Below are positions 49,024 to 60,575 of a DNA stretch of 64,000 nt, in pieces. Source of the DNA: Octopus sinensis (lineage: Eukaryota); contig NC_042998.1 of assembly GCF_006345805.1 (NCBI RefSeq), forward strand, positions 122,078,001 through 122,142,000, read 5' to 3'. Made by a program: the position numbers and the translations under genes. The notes beneath the pieces are model-generated. The model was not told the origin of the DNA. It did not search any database and saw only the letters and a list, made by a program, of their open reading frames with translations. Each line of letters starts with the position of its first letter. Position 1 is the first letter of the stretch.

Positions 49024-49346
49024 TACTAGCAGTATCACCCGGCGTTGCTCGGGTTTGTAAGGGAAATAACTATATAAGAATTTTTAGAGAGTTACTTCCC
49101 TTATATAACCCGAGCAAAAATCATTAAAAATGCGAAAAAATGATGGTAGATTTTTTTTTAAATCGTAGACTCATCGTAGACGCGCGCTAATACCCGAACG
49201 GCTCGATATGAATGACGACTATAAGATACCCACTTTTGTTTAAACTGCACCGCAAAATGTGGGAGTAGTTAAGAATCTAAATCGGAGGAGACAGAGTCTC
49301 ACACACACAACTTCAATCTCTATTTATAATTTTATATATTAAAGAT
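49024..49346 (+). mobile_element. DINE-1/HINE-like element, copy 2
   Basis: TACTAG start, hairpin ACCCG-GCGTTGCT-CGGGT, perfect 11-bp subterminal inverted repeat TTGCTCGGGTT (49045-49055) / AACCCGAGCAA (49107-49117), (CA)n and AT-rich end. Confidence 0.6.
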
Positions 49347-49373
49347 ATACACATATATATATAAACACATATA

Positions 49374-49444
<71 letters not shown>

Positions 49445-49479
49445 GTATACATACACACACAAACACACATATCTATACT

Positions 49480-49780
49480 TTTGGATCGTCAGGTGATATG
49501 CTGTGTTTGAGGAGACCTATTAAGCCAAGCAAATCAAAATCAAATCATACCAGAATCAAATGGAAATTGTAGTTGTGGCCGATGCCAGTGCCGCCTGACT
49601 GGCTCCCGTGGCAGTGGCACCCATTACACTCTTGGAGTGTTTGGCATTAGGAAGGGCATCCAGCTGGAGAAACATTGCTAGATTAGCTAGGAGCCTGGTA
49701 TGGCCTCCTGGCTTGCCAGTCCAGAGTTAAACTGTTGAACCCATGCCAGCATGGAAAGCAGATTTTAAATGATAATGATG

Positions 49781-49782
<2 letters not shown>
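49480..49782 (+). mobile_element. RTE-LINE 3' UTR and tail
   Basis: CCTATTAAGCCAAGCAAATCAAAATC resembles the UTR at 35290-35330(-); ends in the family C tail. Confidence 0.7.
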
Positions 49783-49815
<33 letters not shown>

Positions 49816-49935
49816 ATATACTGTGAAAATAATAAGGGTAGAAAATTTAGAAAAATTTTCATACTGGTGGCTAGTATGCGTAATAAAGTCAATAGACAAC
49901 ATATTTTCATATATAATAGTGTACAAACAATTTAC

Positions 49936-49987
<52 letters not shown>

Positions 49988-50029
49988 CTAACACAAAATA
50001 GAATGAAAAATCTATAGAGGACTTGTATT

Positions 50030-50615
50030 ATATGGTTAAAGAATATATTCAAATCGTCATGTTAGGAAAATGTTATAAAATTTTGTGTGTAGTTGACATT
50101 GTTTTTGGAGAAATAACCGATTTCATATTTTCTTTTCAAATTTCTCAAATTTCTTTACTGATATTGTGTCATCTCTTTGCTATGGCGTGATGTAGGAGAG
50201 TTCCAAACAGGGAGAGGTAATCAGGGATTTTTTAATAATAAGGGAGATAATCAAAAATGTTGGGAATGATTCGATTTTATTAATTTAACATGATTTGGTT
50301 TTGATAGAATAAAATGTTAGAAGTAGTTAAGTTTTGCTTTATATTTTTCAATGAGGTAAGTTTACTTATTTAAAAATGCTAGAAATGGTTAAGTTTTGGC
50401 TTATATTTTTCAATGAATTAGGTTTCCTTATTTAATCTAACTTGTGTTGGTGTTCCAATGGCACATTGATAAATTGGAAAGATTACAAATTGTGGTAGCA
50501 GTTGCTTTGTGCATCTCTCAATGTGTTCACTAAAGGGTATCATTCTGTATTCTGGGAATGCAATCTGCTGTTGGTGCAGAGTGCATCTATGTCTGAGCGA
50601 TAATCCCATGGATTA
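50030..50615 (-). pseudogene. Penelope-like GIY-YIG C-terminal relic with downstream terminal region
   Basis: GLSLRHRCTLHQQQI..PEYRMIPFSEHIERC...VRLNKET*FIEKYKPKLN; the ORF end is tandemly duplicated with a 62-bp period (50311-50433). Confidence 0.6.
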
Positions 50616-50627
50616 TATATACATATA

Positions 50628-50992
50628 TTCTTTTATTCTTATACAGGTTTCAGTAATTTGACTTTAGCCATGCTGAAGCACTGCTTTACTTAAAAGAATC
50701 GACCCAAGGACTTATTCTTTGTAAGCCGAGTACTTATTCTATCTTTTGCTGAACTGCTAAGTTACAGTGATGTAAACACACCAACATCGGTTGTCAAACG
50801 ATGGTGGTGGTGGTGGGGGGGAACAAACACAGACATACAAACATATATATATATAGGACAGGCTTCACTCAGTTTCCATACATGAAATCCACTCACAAGG
50901 CTTTGGCTACAGTAGAAGACACTTGCCCAAGGTGCCATGCAGTGGGACTGAACCTGGAGCCATGTGGTTAAGAAGCAAGCTTCTTACCACAC
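50628..50992 (-). mobile_element. SINE family B
   Basis: Tail, spacer and head GGCACCTTGGGCAAGTGTCTTCTACT on the minus strand. Confidence 0.8.
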
Positions 50993-51013
50993 ATATATAA
51001 TCATATATATATA

Positions 51014-52631
51014 TACTAACAGACATACCCAGCGTTGTTTTGAATTTAAATGGCATAGTTTGTATATATGGTACAATTAAGTTGAAACATGCGATATGGG
51101 GAAGTGCAGCAGTGACGAAAAAACATTTGTAGAGTAAATGAGGAGTTAATTCACTAAGTGACATGTATTGCATCTGTTTCGAAGATTCCAGGTCCTAACC
51201 TTATCATGGAGAAGTGGGTGGGGGGCATGTGATTTTTGAATGCACCAAAAAGGTTTCAGTGAATATACTCTCCTTTGTAGCTGTCGGTGCTGTTGCTACC
51301 ATGCTGAGCAATCAGCAGACATAGGAACTACATCTATGTGAGTAATTAAGCCTGTGGGTGCATTCAACAGCACCACATGAGAGAAATCTACATGAAAGAA
51401 ATGACATGTAAGGTGGGTGGGAGATTAGCAGAAAGTGCTTGAAAACAACACTGTCATGTGATATTTCGGTTTGGAATCAATAGTCATGGCTCAACAGTGC
51501 ACACCTTCACATAAACAGCATGCGACCATTGTGAGGACAACTCAAACAATTCTGCATGCGGTGTCATGGTACACAGGGTTCCGTTAAGGACATGGTCTTG
51601 AACAAACATGGTTGGGTCACATGACGTTGGGTTGCTGACATGGCTGGGAATCAATGGCTCAACTGTGCACTCCTTCACGTAAACAGTGTGTGACCATTGT
51701 GAGGACAACTCAGCTCCAAATGAAAACAATTCAGCATGCAGTGTCCAGCACGCAAGGTGACACTGAGGACATGGTCTCTAACTAATGTGGTTGCATCTTA
51801 GGCACCATAAATTAGTATGTTAATGTACATGAGATATTTCGGTTTGTAATCAATAGCTGAAGAATATTTGTATAGGTTTCATCGATGCTTAGAAAAAAGA
51901 CATTGAGAAAGCTAAAAGAAAATAGCTGAATAGTTGCACAAGATTTAACATATTTTAGTATATTTTTCTTAATAAACAATGCATTCTAAACGATTTTTAT
52001 TCCAACAAATTGCTACCTATGGTTCTATAGGAACAGGTTATTATTGCTACCACTTAGAAAACGCAGTTTGAAGTCTACAATGATTCATCCATTTAATACA
52101 ACCTACTTATATCAATTCAGTAGCAGTATTTTCCAATTTGCATAGAAGCAATATGTGGACCATACAGGCAGTCATATGTACCCCAGGTAAGGGGGTTTTC
52201 TGCCTCCAGGGGTCCTATTACTCATTATGTGAAAAATTTTAAGATTCTAAAAGCATCTCTGGAATATAAGTAATGTATGTTCCTAGTTTGGAGAAAATCA
52301 GTTGTGAACTTCAGAAGTTCTGTGGGTTTACACACACACACACATCCTCAGTTATATATATATATATATATATATGAACATAAGTACGTTATCAAGAGTA
52401 ATGTCCCTTGAACCAATGAAGCAACCAAGTCATGTGATCCTTCGTATTGTTTACCCAGGAAAGGGGGTTTTCTACTCCCAGGGGCCCCATTACTCATTAT
52501 ATCAAAAATTTTAAGAGTTTAAAACCTCTCTAGAGCATAGGTAATGTATGTTCCTAGTTTGGAGAAAATCAGCTGTGAACTTCAGAAGTTCTGCAGGTTT
52601 ACACACACACACACACACAAATTCTCAGCTT

Positions 52632-52660
<29 letters not shown>
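51014..52660 (+). mobile_element. Larger HINE-like element with internal repeats and duplicated 3' end
   Basis: Start TACTAACAGACATACCCAGCGTTG resembles the HINE start; internal diverged repeat pair at about 51476-51620 and 51649-51800; two tandem 3' modules at about 52178-52375 and 52452-52660 ending (CA)n..CTCAG..(TA)n. Confidence 0.45.
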
Positions 52661-52662
<2 letters not shown>

Positions 52663-52741
52663 ATTATTATTATAATGGTAAGACCCCATATGATCTATGA
52701 ACCACTTAGATTATTACTCCACTACACATGGTTGTAAGCGA

Positions 52742-53229
52742 GGATTTATAAAATAATTTGGAAAGTCCCAGATCTATAGATTTCACAGTTTGAGTTATTA
52801 AAAACCCTTTCCAACCATCAGTGGCGACATACCGAACGTAAATGAATGAAAAATACATTATACATACTGCCATAAGTGCAAATAATGTACATGCATTTGG
52901 CATGTATTCACAAATTAAAATCCAAGCGTCTATATCAACCATGTGCTTATTTACTTAGAATACTTCTGCAGTAAATATGTTATAGGAGTGAATTAATTTA
53001 TATTTTTATACATAATTAGGATAAAATAATTATTTAATGATTTATCAGTGGCCAGCAAAAAGAATACATGCAAAATACATGTACATTATTTGCGTTTATG
53101 GTGGTATGTATAATGTATTTTTCAATTATTTACAGTCGGTATGCTACCACTGATGATCAGAAAAGGTTTTTAATAACTCAAACTGTGAAATCTATAGATT
53201 TGGGACTATCCAAATTATTTTATAAATCC
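52742..53229. mobile_element. Foldback/MITE-like element with 168-bp inverted arms
   Basis: 52742-52909 is the reverse complement of 53062-53229 with moderate divergence. This explains the near-identical ORFs 52706-52942(-) and 53068-53394(+). Confidence 0.85.
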
Positions 53230-53343
53230 CCACTGTCTATTTTACAAATTAATCATTATGGTATTTTTAGTATGCTGGCCACTGATAAATCATCAAATAA
53301 TGATTTTATCCTAATTATGTATATATATATATACATATATATA

Positions 53344-53984
53344 CAGGGTGTGATGGGTAAATTGTCATCATTTTATTTTTTTTTATATTTTTAATTTCGT
53401 GCATGTACATTGTTTGTTTTTGATTTTGTCAATGACACAATATAGTACAGTCAGTTGGGCACCACCTGCGAGAAAAACAGCATCATGATGCAATTCACTC
53501 AGTCAGAAATTTGGAAACGACATGCTGTACTGCTCGGCATTCATGCCAGAAGCTCCAATACGAACATTTCAGAGTGCTTGGGTGTCAATCTGAGGACATT
53601 TACCGGGAGTGATAAAATTCAAATATCCAATCAACATCATGGTGTTTGGAGTGATCACAAGTTATGGCGACATTATGCCTCCATTCCTCTTCCAACACAG
53701 CCTCAGACTCAACACAGAGGCCTACATCAAGTGCCTGGAGGAGGTAGTGCTGCCCTGGGTCAAGAGGGTGGCTGCTGGAAGCCCCTGTGTCTGGCAACAG
53801 GACTCTGCACCATGCAACCACAAGCAGGAGAACCCAGTCATGGGTGTCAGACAATTTCTGCGACTACATCACTCCTAACATTTTGCCACCTAATACTTCA
53901 GACTGCAACTTGCTTGATTATTATCTGTGGGGTACAGTTGAGCGAGAGACCAACAGAACTCCTTGTAACACCAAAGATGAACTG
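53344..53984 (+). mobile_element. Tc1/mariner DD37D (maT-type) deletion derivative, 3' end lost
   Basis: TA|CAGGGTG terminus; [12 protein letters not shown]...GVNLRT joined to [11 protein letters not shown]...WQQDSAP. After correcting one frameshift there are 37 residues between the D of QQD and the D of LLDY. Confidence 0.85.
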
Positions 53985-54137
53985 TGTATATATATATACA
54001 CATATATACATATGCATATGCAATCACATGTATAAGCATATATATATATGTATGTATGTATACATATATATATACATATGCATATGCAATCACATGTATA
54101 AGCGTATATATATATATATATTTATATATGTATGTAT

Positions 54138-54172
<35 letters not shown>

Positions 54173-57100
54173 AAATAATTGATAATTCATTTGGAAATTT
54201 TGCAGCAGTAATCAAAAGAAAGCAGAGAATAAACACAGTTTCAAAAACCCAGAGGTATAGACAAGATAAAGCTGAGTGTTTGCAACTATATGGATTAAAA
54301 CTTCATTTGAAGAATAATACATACAATCTAAGGAAAATTCAATTGAAAGAACAGTTAGTCAAAAGGAAAGTGAACTGAAATAGGCATCGTTTTCATTGGC
54401 ATGAGTCTGCCCTTATCCAGGTCAGTTACTACAGAGTAGACCTATGGCATAGAGCTAGTTATCTTTGTGTTTAGCTGCAGACTGTAAGTCTGTATTGAGA
54501 CCATTCTGTACATTCTGCTATGCAGTCACTGGCTGTGTAGGGCACAAAATGTGGTTCTTGGGAAATGATTGGCATCTATATTTCAGCAGAATAGTGTAAG
54601 CATATACACATACTATACAGATTATTCTTAAAGTATATTTACTCTCCTTCGAAGTTTTAACATCTCCTTGGAAAGTTGCTTTCTCTTCAAAACTAGCAAT
54701 AATTAAAAAGGCATAGAAAAGTCACTTAAACCTGTTTAATTAATGGAGCAATATTCTGTTTCTTTCCATGCTTTTCTTTTTATATTGAATAAATAAATAA
54801 ATAGAATGTGGTAATGTTGCTGATCATTTTCCATTAATGATAATTATCTAGGAGACAGGCCTAATATTGAGGTGAGGAAGTTGTGGGAACTTCAAAGCAT
54901 CTATAATTAATGAATGAAGCACAAAATAGAAAATTGGGAAAATAAAACAATAGAAAAATAAATAAATAAATAAAAAATTTTAAAAGATATATTTTTCACA
55001 AAATCTTATTAATTTCAATGAAGCATGACATCAATATCTTTGTGTTGCAATCAAGCAGTACAGAGTTGAAGAAGAAGCTTAGTTTAATGTTATTGCATAT
55101 GTCTTTATTCTTTGATCTTTTTTTCCTGTTGGTTTTGTTACTGTTCTTTTTGTTTTACATTAATTTTCCTCTGCTAATAGAGGTGGGACACATTTTGTAA
55201 ATTTCATCTTTTACATAGGGTTTGTTAGATAAAGGGAATTTTCCTTTACTTTTTTTGCAATTAGATGATGTTCTCTTCACTACTGAAGCACTCAACTATG
55301 AAATGCATGTAAAACCTGCAGTTTGTCAACCAAGGAAACTGCAGTCAACTAAGTTGTGGCTGTTTAGCTCTAAAGTCATATCTGATTGATCTACGATCAG
55401 AGTCATTCCATCCATGACCATACCATCTTTTTTTTTTGTATATCTAGGACTACATTAAAATTAGCTCATGAGGCATCTTTCTTGAATGGATACAGGTGAG
55501 GAAGCATGATTTGAAATCCTGATCTTACATTGCTGAATGCTGGAATTCAGCAACTTAATGAAGCTGATTAGGACTTCTGCATAAAGCAGAAGGGGAAAAA
55601 GATGCAATAAAAAGATATAAGGTAAGTAGGAATAGGTGTAAATGGGAAGGAAAAAACAATATATAACTACAAGAACCAATTTAATAAAACTACAGAGCCA
55701 TTATACTTCCTGATACAATATAAACAGCAATGGATATAAGTAAAAAAATAAACCAGGAATAGTAACAAACTCTCAAAGTAAAGAAGAGTGAAAACAAGAG
55801 GAAAACTTGATAATGACAATGATGATAATAATGAAGTAGATGATAACAGAAAAGAAAATAAATGTTAAAATGTTTGTGTTATGTTGGAATATGTTCACAA
55901 GATGATAGGTTTACTATTGAATGCTTATTATTTAGTAGAGAGCAGCAAATGTCAAAGGGTTTATTAGAGTCTTAAGATAAAATAACTGTCTGCATCATTT
56001 CACTCAATAGCTTTCCAATGTATTTACCCAGTAAAATGGTCAGTGTAGTGTAATATCATAATAATGGTATTATTTACATTATTTATGGACACCAACAAAA
56101 TGTACATGATTATAACCTTCTCAGATAAAGTTTTATTTTCTGAAAAGCTATTTCTAAATGATTGTTCTAATAAACCAAAACAAAGGTCATTGCCTCTAGA
56201 GATATAATTACAATTAAAAAAATAAAAAGCAATGTAATTTTCTTGTTAGGGTTGCTGCTGTTGTAGCTTAGCCTTGGGCCAGCCTTGATCAAGTAAACCT
56301 ATGAAAAAAACCATTCCAGTCATAGCTACCTTGTAATTTGTTTTGCAGAGACAGTTTATCTAGAACCACATTAACCAATATGTCATTTCTTTTCCTCTTT
56401 TTATGTTAAAAAAAATATAAAAAATATGGCAGAGTGTGATTTAAGGGAAATTCTGCTAACATTTCTCATTTGGCTCAAGTAAGATGGAGTATAATTCCAA
56501 GACATTCATCTTATTTTTGGTGGAGGAAATTTAGTTCAATAACTGTATCTCAATTACTATTATGCATCTATTTTCTTTTTTAATGGTTTCTCTGGAGGGA
56601 AAGTATGCACATGGCCCTCCTAGGCTCTGCATGAGAGAACTTAGTGTCGATAGTGTTGAAATACATTGTTATAGGATAATAATAAAAAATATAATAGTTC
56701 TGGAATGAATTTTGTAGAACTGCTAAAGTTTGGTAAAACACTGTAGACAGTCAAATAACATATCAACTGAAATTAGGTCTCTCATTTTTTAAAAATATGC
56801 TCTTTCTTACTAAGTAACTGGAGGCAATTTCCTCATCGATACTATACCTTGGACACACAGTGGTGTCAATGATATGATATGATGATATGATATGATATAT
56901 TGTATATAAGGTTGCAGACTCTTCAGGAAAGCTGACAATTCACCCACTCAGCTGCTGTGACTCCTCAGAAATATATCATTCTAATATCAATAATTGAACT
57001 ATGAACTGCTGATCTTAATACTAGTATGTGTCAGTATGGAAATACTTTCAAGTGATTATTTACCTGAGGAACTAGTTTGATTGGAGATTTAGTAAAGGCT

Positions 57101-58962
57101 CATGGGAAATAGACAGCTGGGAGATGCAGACAAAACACAATTATCTTATGAATGACGTTTAACACAAAAATAGTCTGCAATTTGTTTCTCAAGAAGTTGG
57201 TGAAAATGGCACAAGTGAGCAGTAGAAATAATATCAACAGCAGGAAAGTAATTCTTAATTGCATCATATTTTTAAAATTAATGTTAAATGTTAATTGCTG
57301 TGGCTAATTGTACAGATTTTGAATAAACCTAGTTTAATTCATTCTAACAAAACAATAAATTTTCAGAAAGTTTTCTATTTTTTTATGAGGATTATCTTGC
57401 TGCTTTTACTTTTTATTGATATTTTGCCAAATAGGAAAAACAAGTGTTTATTTTTGTTTACTTTTTGTTTTGCTTCCAATTCATAGTTAAAGACTTGCAC
57501 TTTACATGATGTAAATTATTGCTTTAATTGATTTTGACAAAACACAAGGCCAAAGTTTATAAGGAATAGTGTGTAGACATTTGAATTGACTCCAGTATAT
57601 TTCTGGCACTTATTTTGTAGGCCACAGAGAATGAAAAGCAAAGTCAACTTCAAGAGATCTTTAATCTTGCAATCTAGTACAGATTGCTGTCCTAATTATT
57701 TCTTTAAATATCGTCAGTGTAAAGATGAAGTTTCCTAGACACTGACACATTTTATTGAAATGAATGTCCATAAAAACTAATACATAATTTGAAATAGAAA
57801 ATAAGTTATGAACTAAACAAATAACCATCCAATCTCAACTATTAGAATTGAAACATCTAGTGCTATATATGCTGTTGATGAATGAACCTGCCAAGTTAGC
57901 AAGAAGCAAGCTAGCTATTTGATCCAAAATGCCTTGTAGTTCCCGAAGAATATTTTTGTTTTGATTTCAACCAATATTATTCTAATTTCTATTGGTTCAT
58001 TAATTTTCTTCCACTATCAACTTAATTAATGTATAATTCTGAAATAATATTTACTATTCATATGTGAATATAGATTTAGAAATAGAAATTTAAATTATTC
58101 AAGCATTTTATTATAGGAATGAGTAACAAGGAGAAAATTAAAAAGAAAAGAAGCAATATAGACAACTTGAAATGGGAACCATGCTAACATTTTCTGAGAT
58201 TTCATTGACACTTTTATAGTGTCTCATTCAGAGCATGATAAAGAAATTTTTTGGTGTTGCCTAAATATGAGGCAAATCAAATTGTAATAAATACATTAGT
58301 TGAACAAGTATCTCTTTTGAAAAAAACATAATTTTGTTGACTTGCAAAGCAAACTGCAGTATTAGAGGCTTAATGTGACACTTTCTTCAAAACAAAAACA
58401 GTGTAAGGAATCCTTGAATAAATGATGCAAGGTTGAAAGGAAAAATTGTTCAAGACAAGTTCACCAATGCTATAAAGTAACATATTACAGAGAATATTCA
58501 ATAGCAAACATAACTAAAATAGAAATATAAAACCATACAAACATAAAAAATAATCTTCAGTAGAACTGGAGAACACACACACACACACAAACACACACAT
58601 TCACATATATATGAAATGCATATATATACACTTCTTGTTTGAATTGAACTGGATAAAGAAAATGGAATGTTTGCCACTTTGTTCGTTTTTCTTGCTACCA
58701 ACCAACCAACCAACCTACCTACCTTCCTATGTACTTATCCATCCATCCATCCATCTAGCTAGATAGCTTGTTGCATGTGTGTGTGAGTGCATGTGTATAA
58801 GCAATGAGAACTGCTTTACCCAAGAATTGAAACAGGACCTTACCATCACTCTATTGCAAGCACACACACACACTCACAGATGCATATAAACAAATATATA
58901 CCTAGCTGTATGCACATTTACATAAATGTATATGTGTGTGTGTGCTTATTTTGTTACATAAT

Positions 58963-59174
58963 CTTTTCTACTCTAGGCATAAGGCCTGGAATTTTTGGGG
59001 AGGGGGGCAGTCAATTATATCGACCCCAGTGTGAAACTGGTACTTAATTTATTGACCCCGAAAGGATGAAAGGCAAAGTCGACTTCAATGGAATTTGAAC
59101 TTAGAACGTAAAGACAGACTAAAGACCGCTAAGCATTTTGCCCGGCATGCTAACGTTTCTCCCAGCTTGCTGCC
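58963..59174 (-). mobile_element. SINE family A, full length with 14-bp TSD
   Basis: TSD TTTTGTTACATAAT at 58949-58962 and 59175-59188. Confidence 0.9.
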
Positions 59175-59300
59175 TTTTGTTACATAATGATGTATAGATG
59201 TGTAGATATATGTGTATATGTATATGTGTGTGTGTGTGTATATGTTTATATGTATATATCCCAATCATTGACAATTAACCACCAGCACTGAGCTAACAGC

Positions 59301-59464
59301 CGTATTTCGTCTGCCGTTACGTTTTGAGTTCAAATTCCGCCAAGGTCGACTTTGCCTTTCATCCTTTCGGGGTCGATAAATTAAGTACCAGTTACGCACT
59401 GGGGTCGATATCTGTCCTTGTTTGTCCCCTCTGTGTTTAGCCCCTTGTGGGTAGTAAAGAAATA
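59301..59464 (+). mobile_element. SINE family A (alternative tail), 5'-truncated
   Basis: Near-consensus core, with a tail like that of 46111-46331. Confidence 0.85.
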
Positions 59465-59599
59465 ATTACATATATTCTTACATTTGGAATTGAAGCATTT
59501 AATCTCATTTAAAATACTATAGACATCCATGTTGGCAAATGTGAGTGGGGAGAGTGGACGAAGGAGAAAAGTTAAATGACACACGCATACACATAAATG

Positions 59600-59915
59600 T
59601 ACGCAGATGATATTCTGAAAAATTTCATGCTCCGGAGAGATTTCTGCGAGCTATGGCTTTGATTGAATATTTGTTAGATTTTAAAATTATGATTTTACCG
59701 AGTTTCCAGATTCTGTAGATTTGTCAGTATTTGTATGGTTAATGCAGCAATTCCTTTAGCTAAATGGTGTTTCAGACGTATGTTTATGAATATGTCTTAA
59801 GGTTTTTAATTTGGGGGATTTTCTTAAAAGACAGAAGTTGTGTTTCTGACTTCTATGCAGAGCTTTTGATGACTGATTTCTCTTCCTGTTTCGAAAAACT
59901 TAGCCTTCCAGCATA
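59600..59915 (-). pseudogene. I/Jockey-type LINE RT relic
   Basis: LKHHLAKGIAALT... and IWKLGKIIILKSNK, resembling the IWKLGKIIPILKP.K motif upstream of RT domain 1. Confidence 0.5.
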
Positions 59916-60187
59916 AAATACACACTAATACAAAAAGATAATTTAAGGTATCAAAATTCAATGGAACATGCCCTGAGATACAAGAAACCAAGATATTGAA
60001 GACAGGATGTCTCTGGCTCGAGTAACTATATTGCCATTCACAGTATAGCCCCCAACAAAAACAACCGCAAACTAAATTGCATCATACACAAGTAGCAGTC
60101 AAGGTATAACATATAATCATAACATAAAAGACGAACTGCTTGGTAAAATGATTAATTACTAGTTAATTAATTTTACCCTTATTATTA

Positions 60188-60188
60188 T

Positions 60189-60228
<40 letters not shown>

Positions 60229-60229
60229 G

Positions 60230-60260
<31 letters not shown>

Positions 60261-60497
60261 CACACATATATATATATATATACACATATATATACATACA
60301 CATATATACACATATATATATACACACACACACACATATATACTTATACACACACACACATACATATATATACATACATATGTATATACATACATACATA
60401 TATATATACATACATATATACATACATACATATATACTTACATACATATATACATACATACATATATACATACATATATACATACATATATACATAT

Positions 60498-60530
<33 letters not shown>

Positions 60531-60575
60531 CATATATATATACATATAATATATATATATATATATATAATGTAG
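60188..60575. repeat. Compound (TA)/(CA)/(TACA) microsatellite field
   Basis: Direct reading; source of the ORFs at 60159-60603. Confidence 0.95.

Noticed and set aside
53149-53164. CTGATGA-TCA-GAAA
   Set aside because: No stem II or stem III, and the opposite arm of the foldback does not preserve it.
53455-54378. 307-aa ORF
   Set aside because: A chimera of an out-of-frame DD37D transposon fragment and microsatellite read-through; not a gene.
55265-55308. Exon-like segment encoding DDVLFTTEALNYEMH, reminiscent of the cadherin LDYE motif
   Set aside because: No other cadherin motifs or neighbouring exons; octopus protocadherin ectodomains are mostly encoded in large exons.
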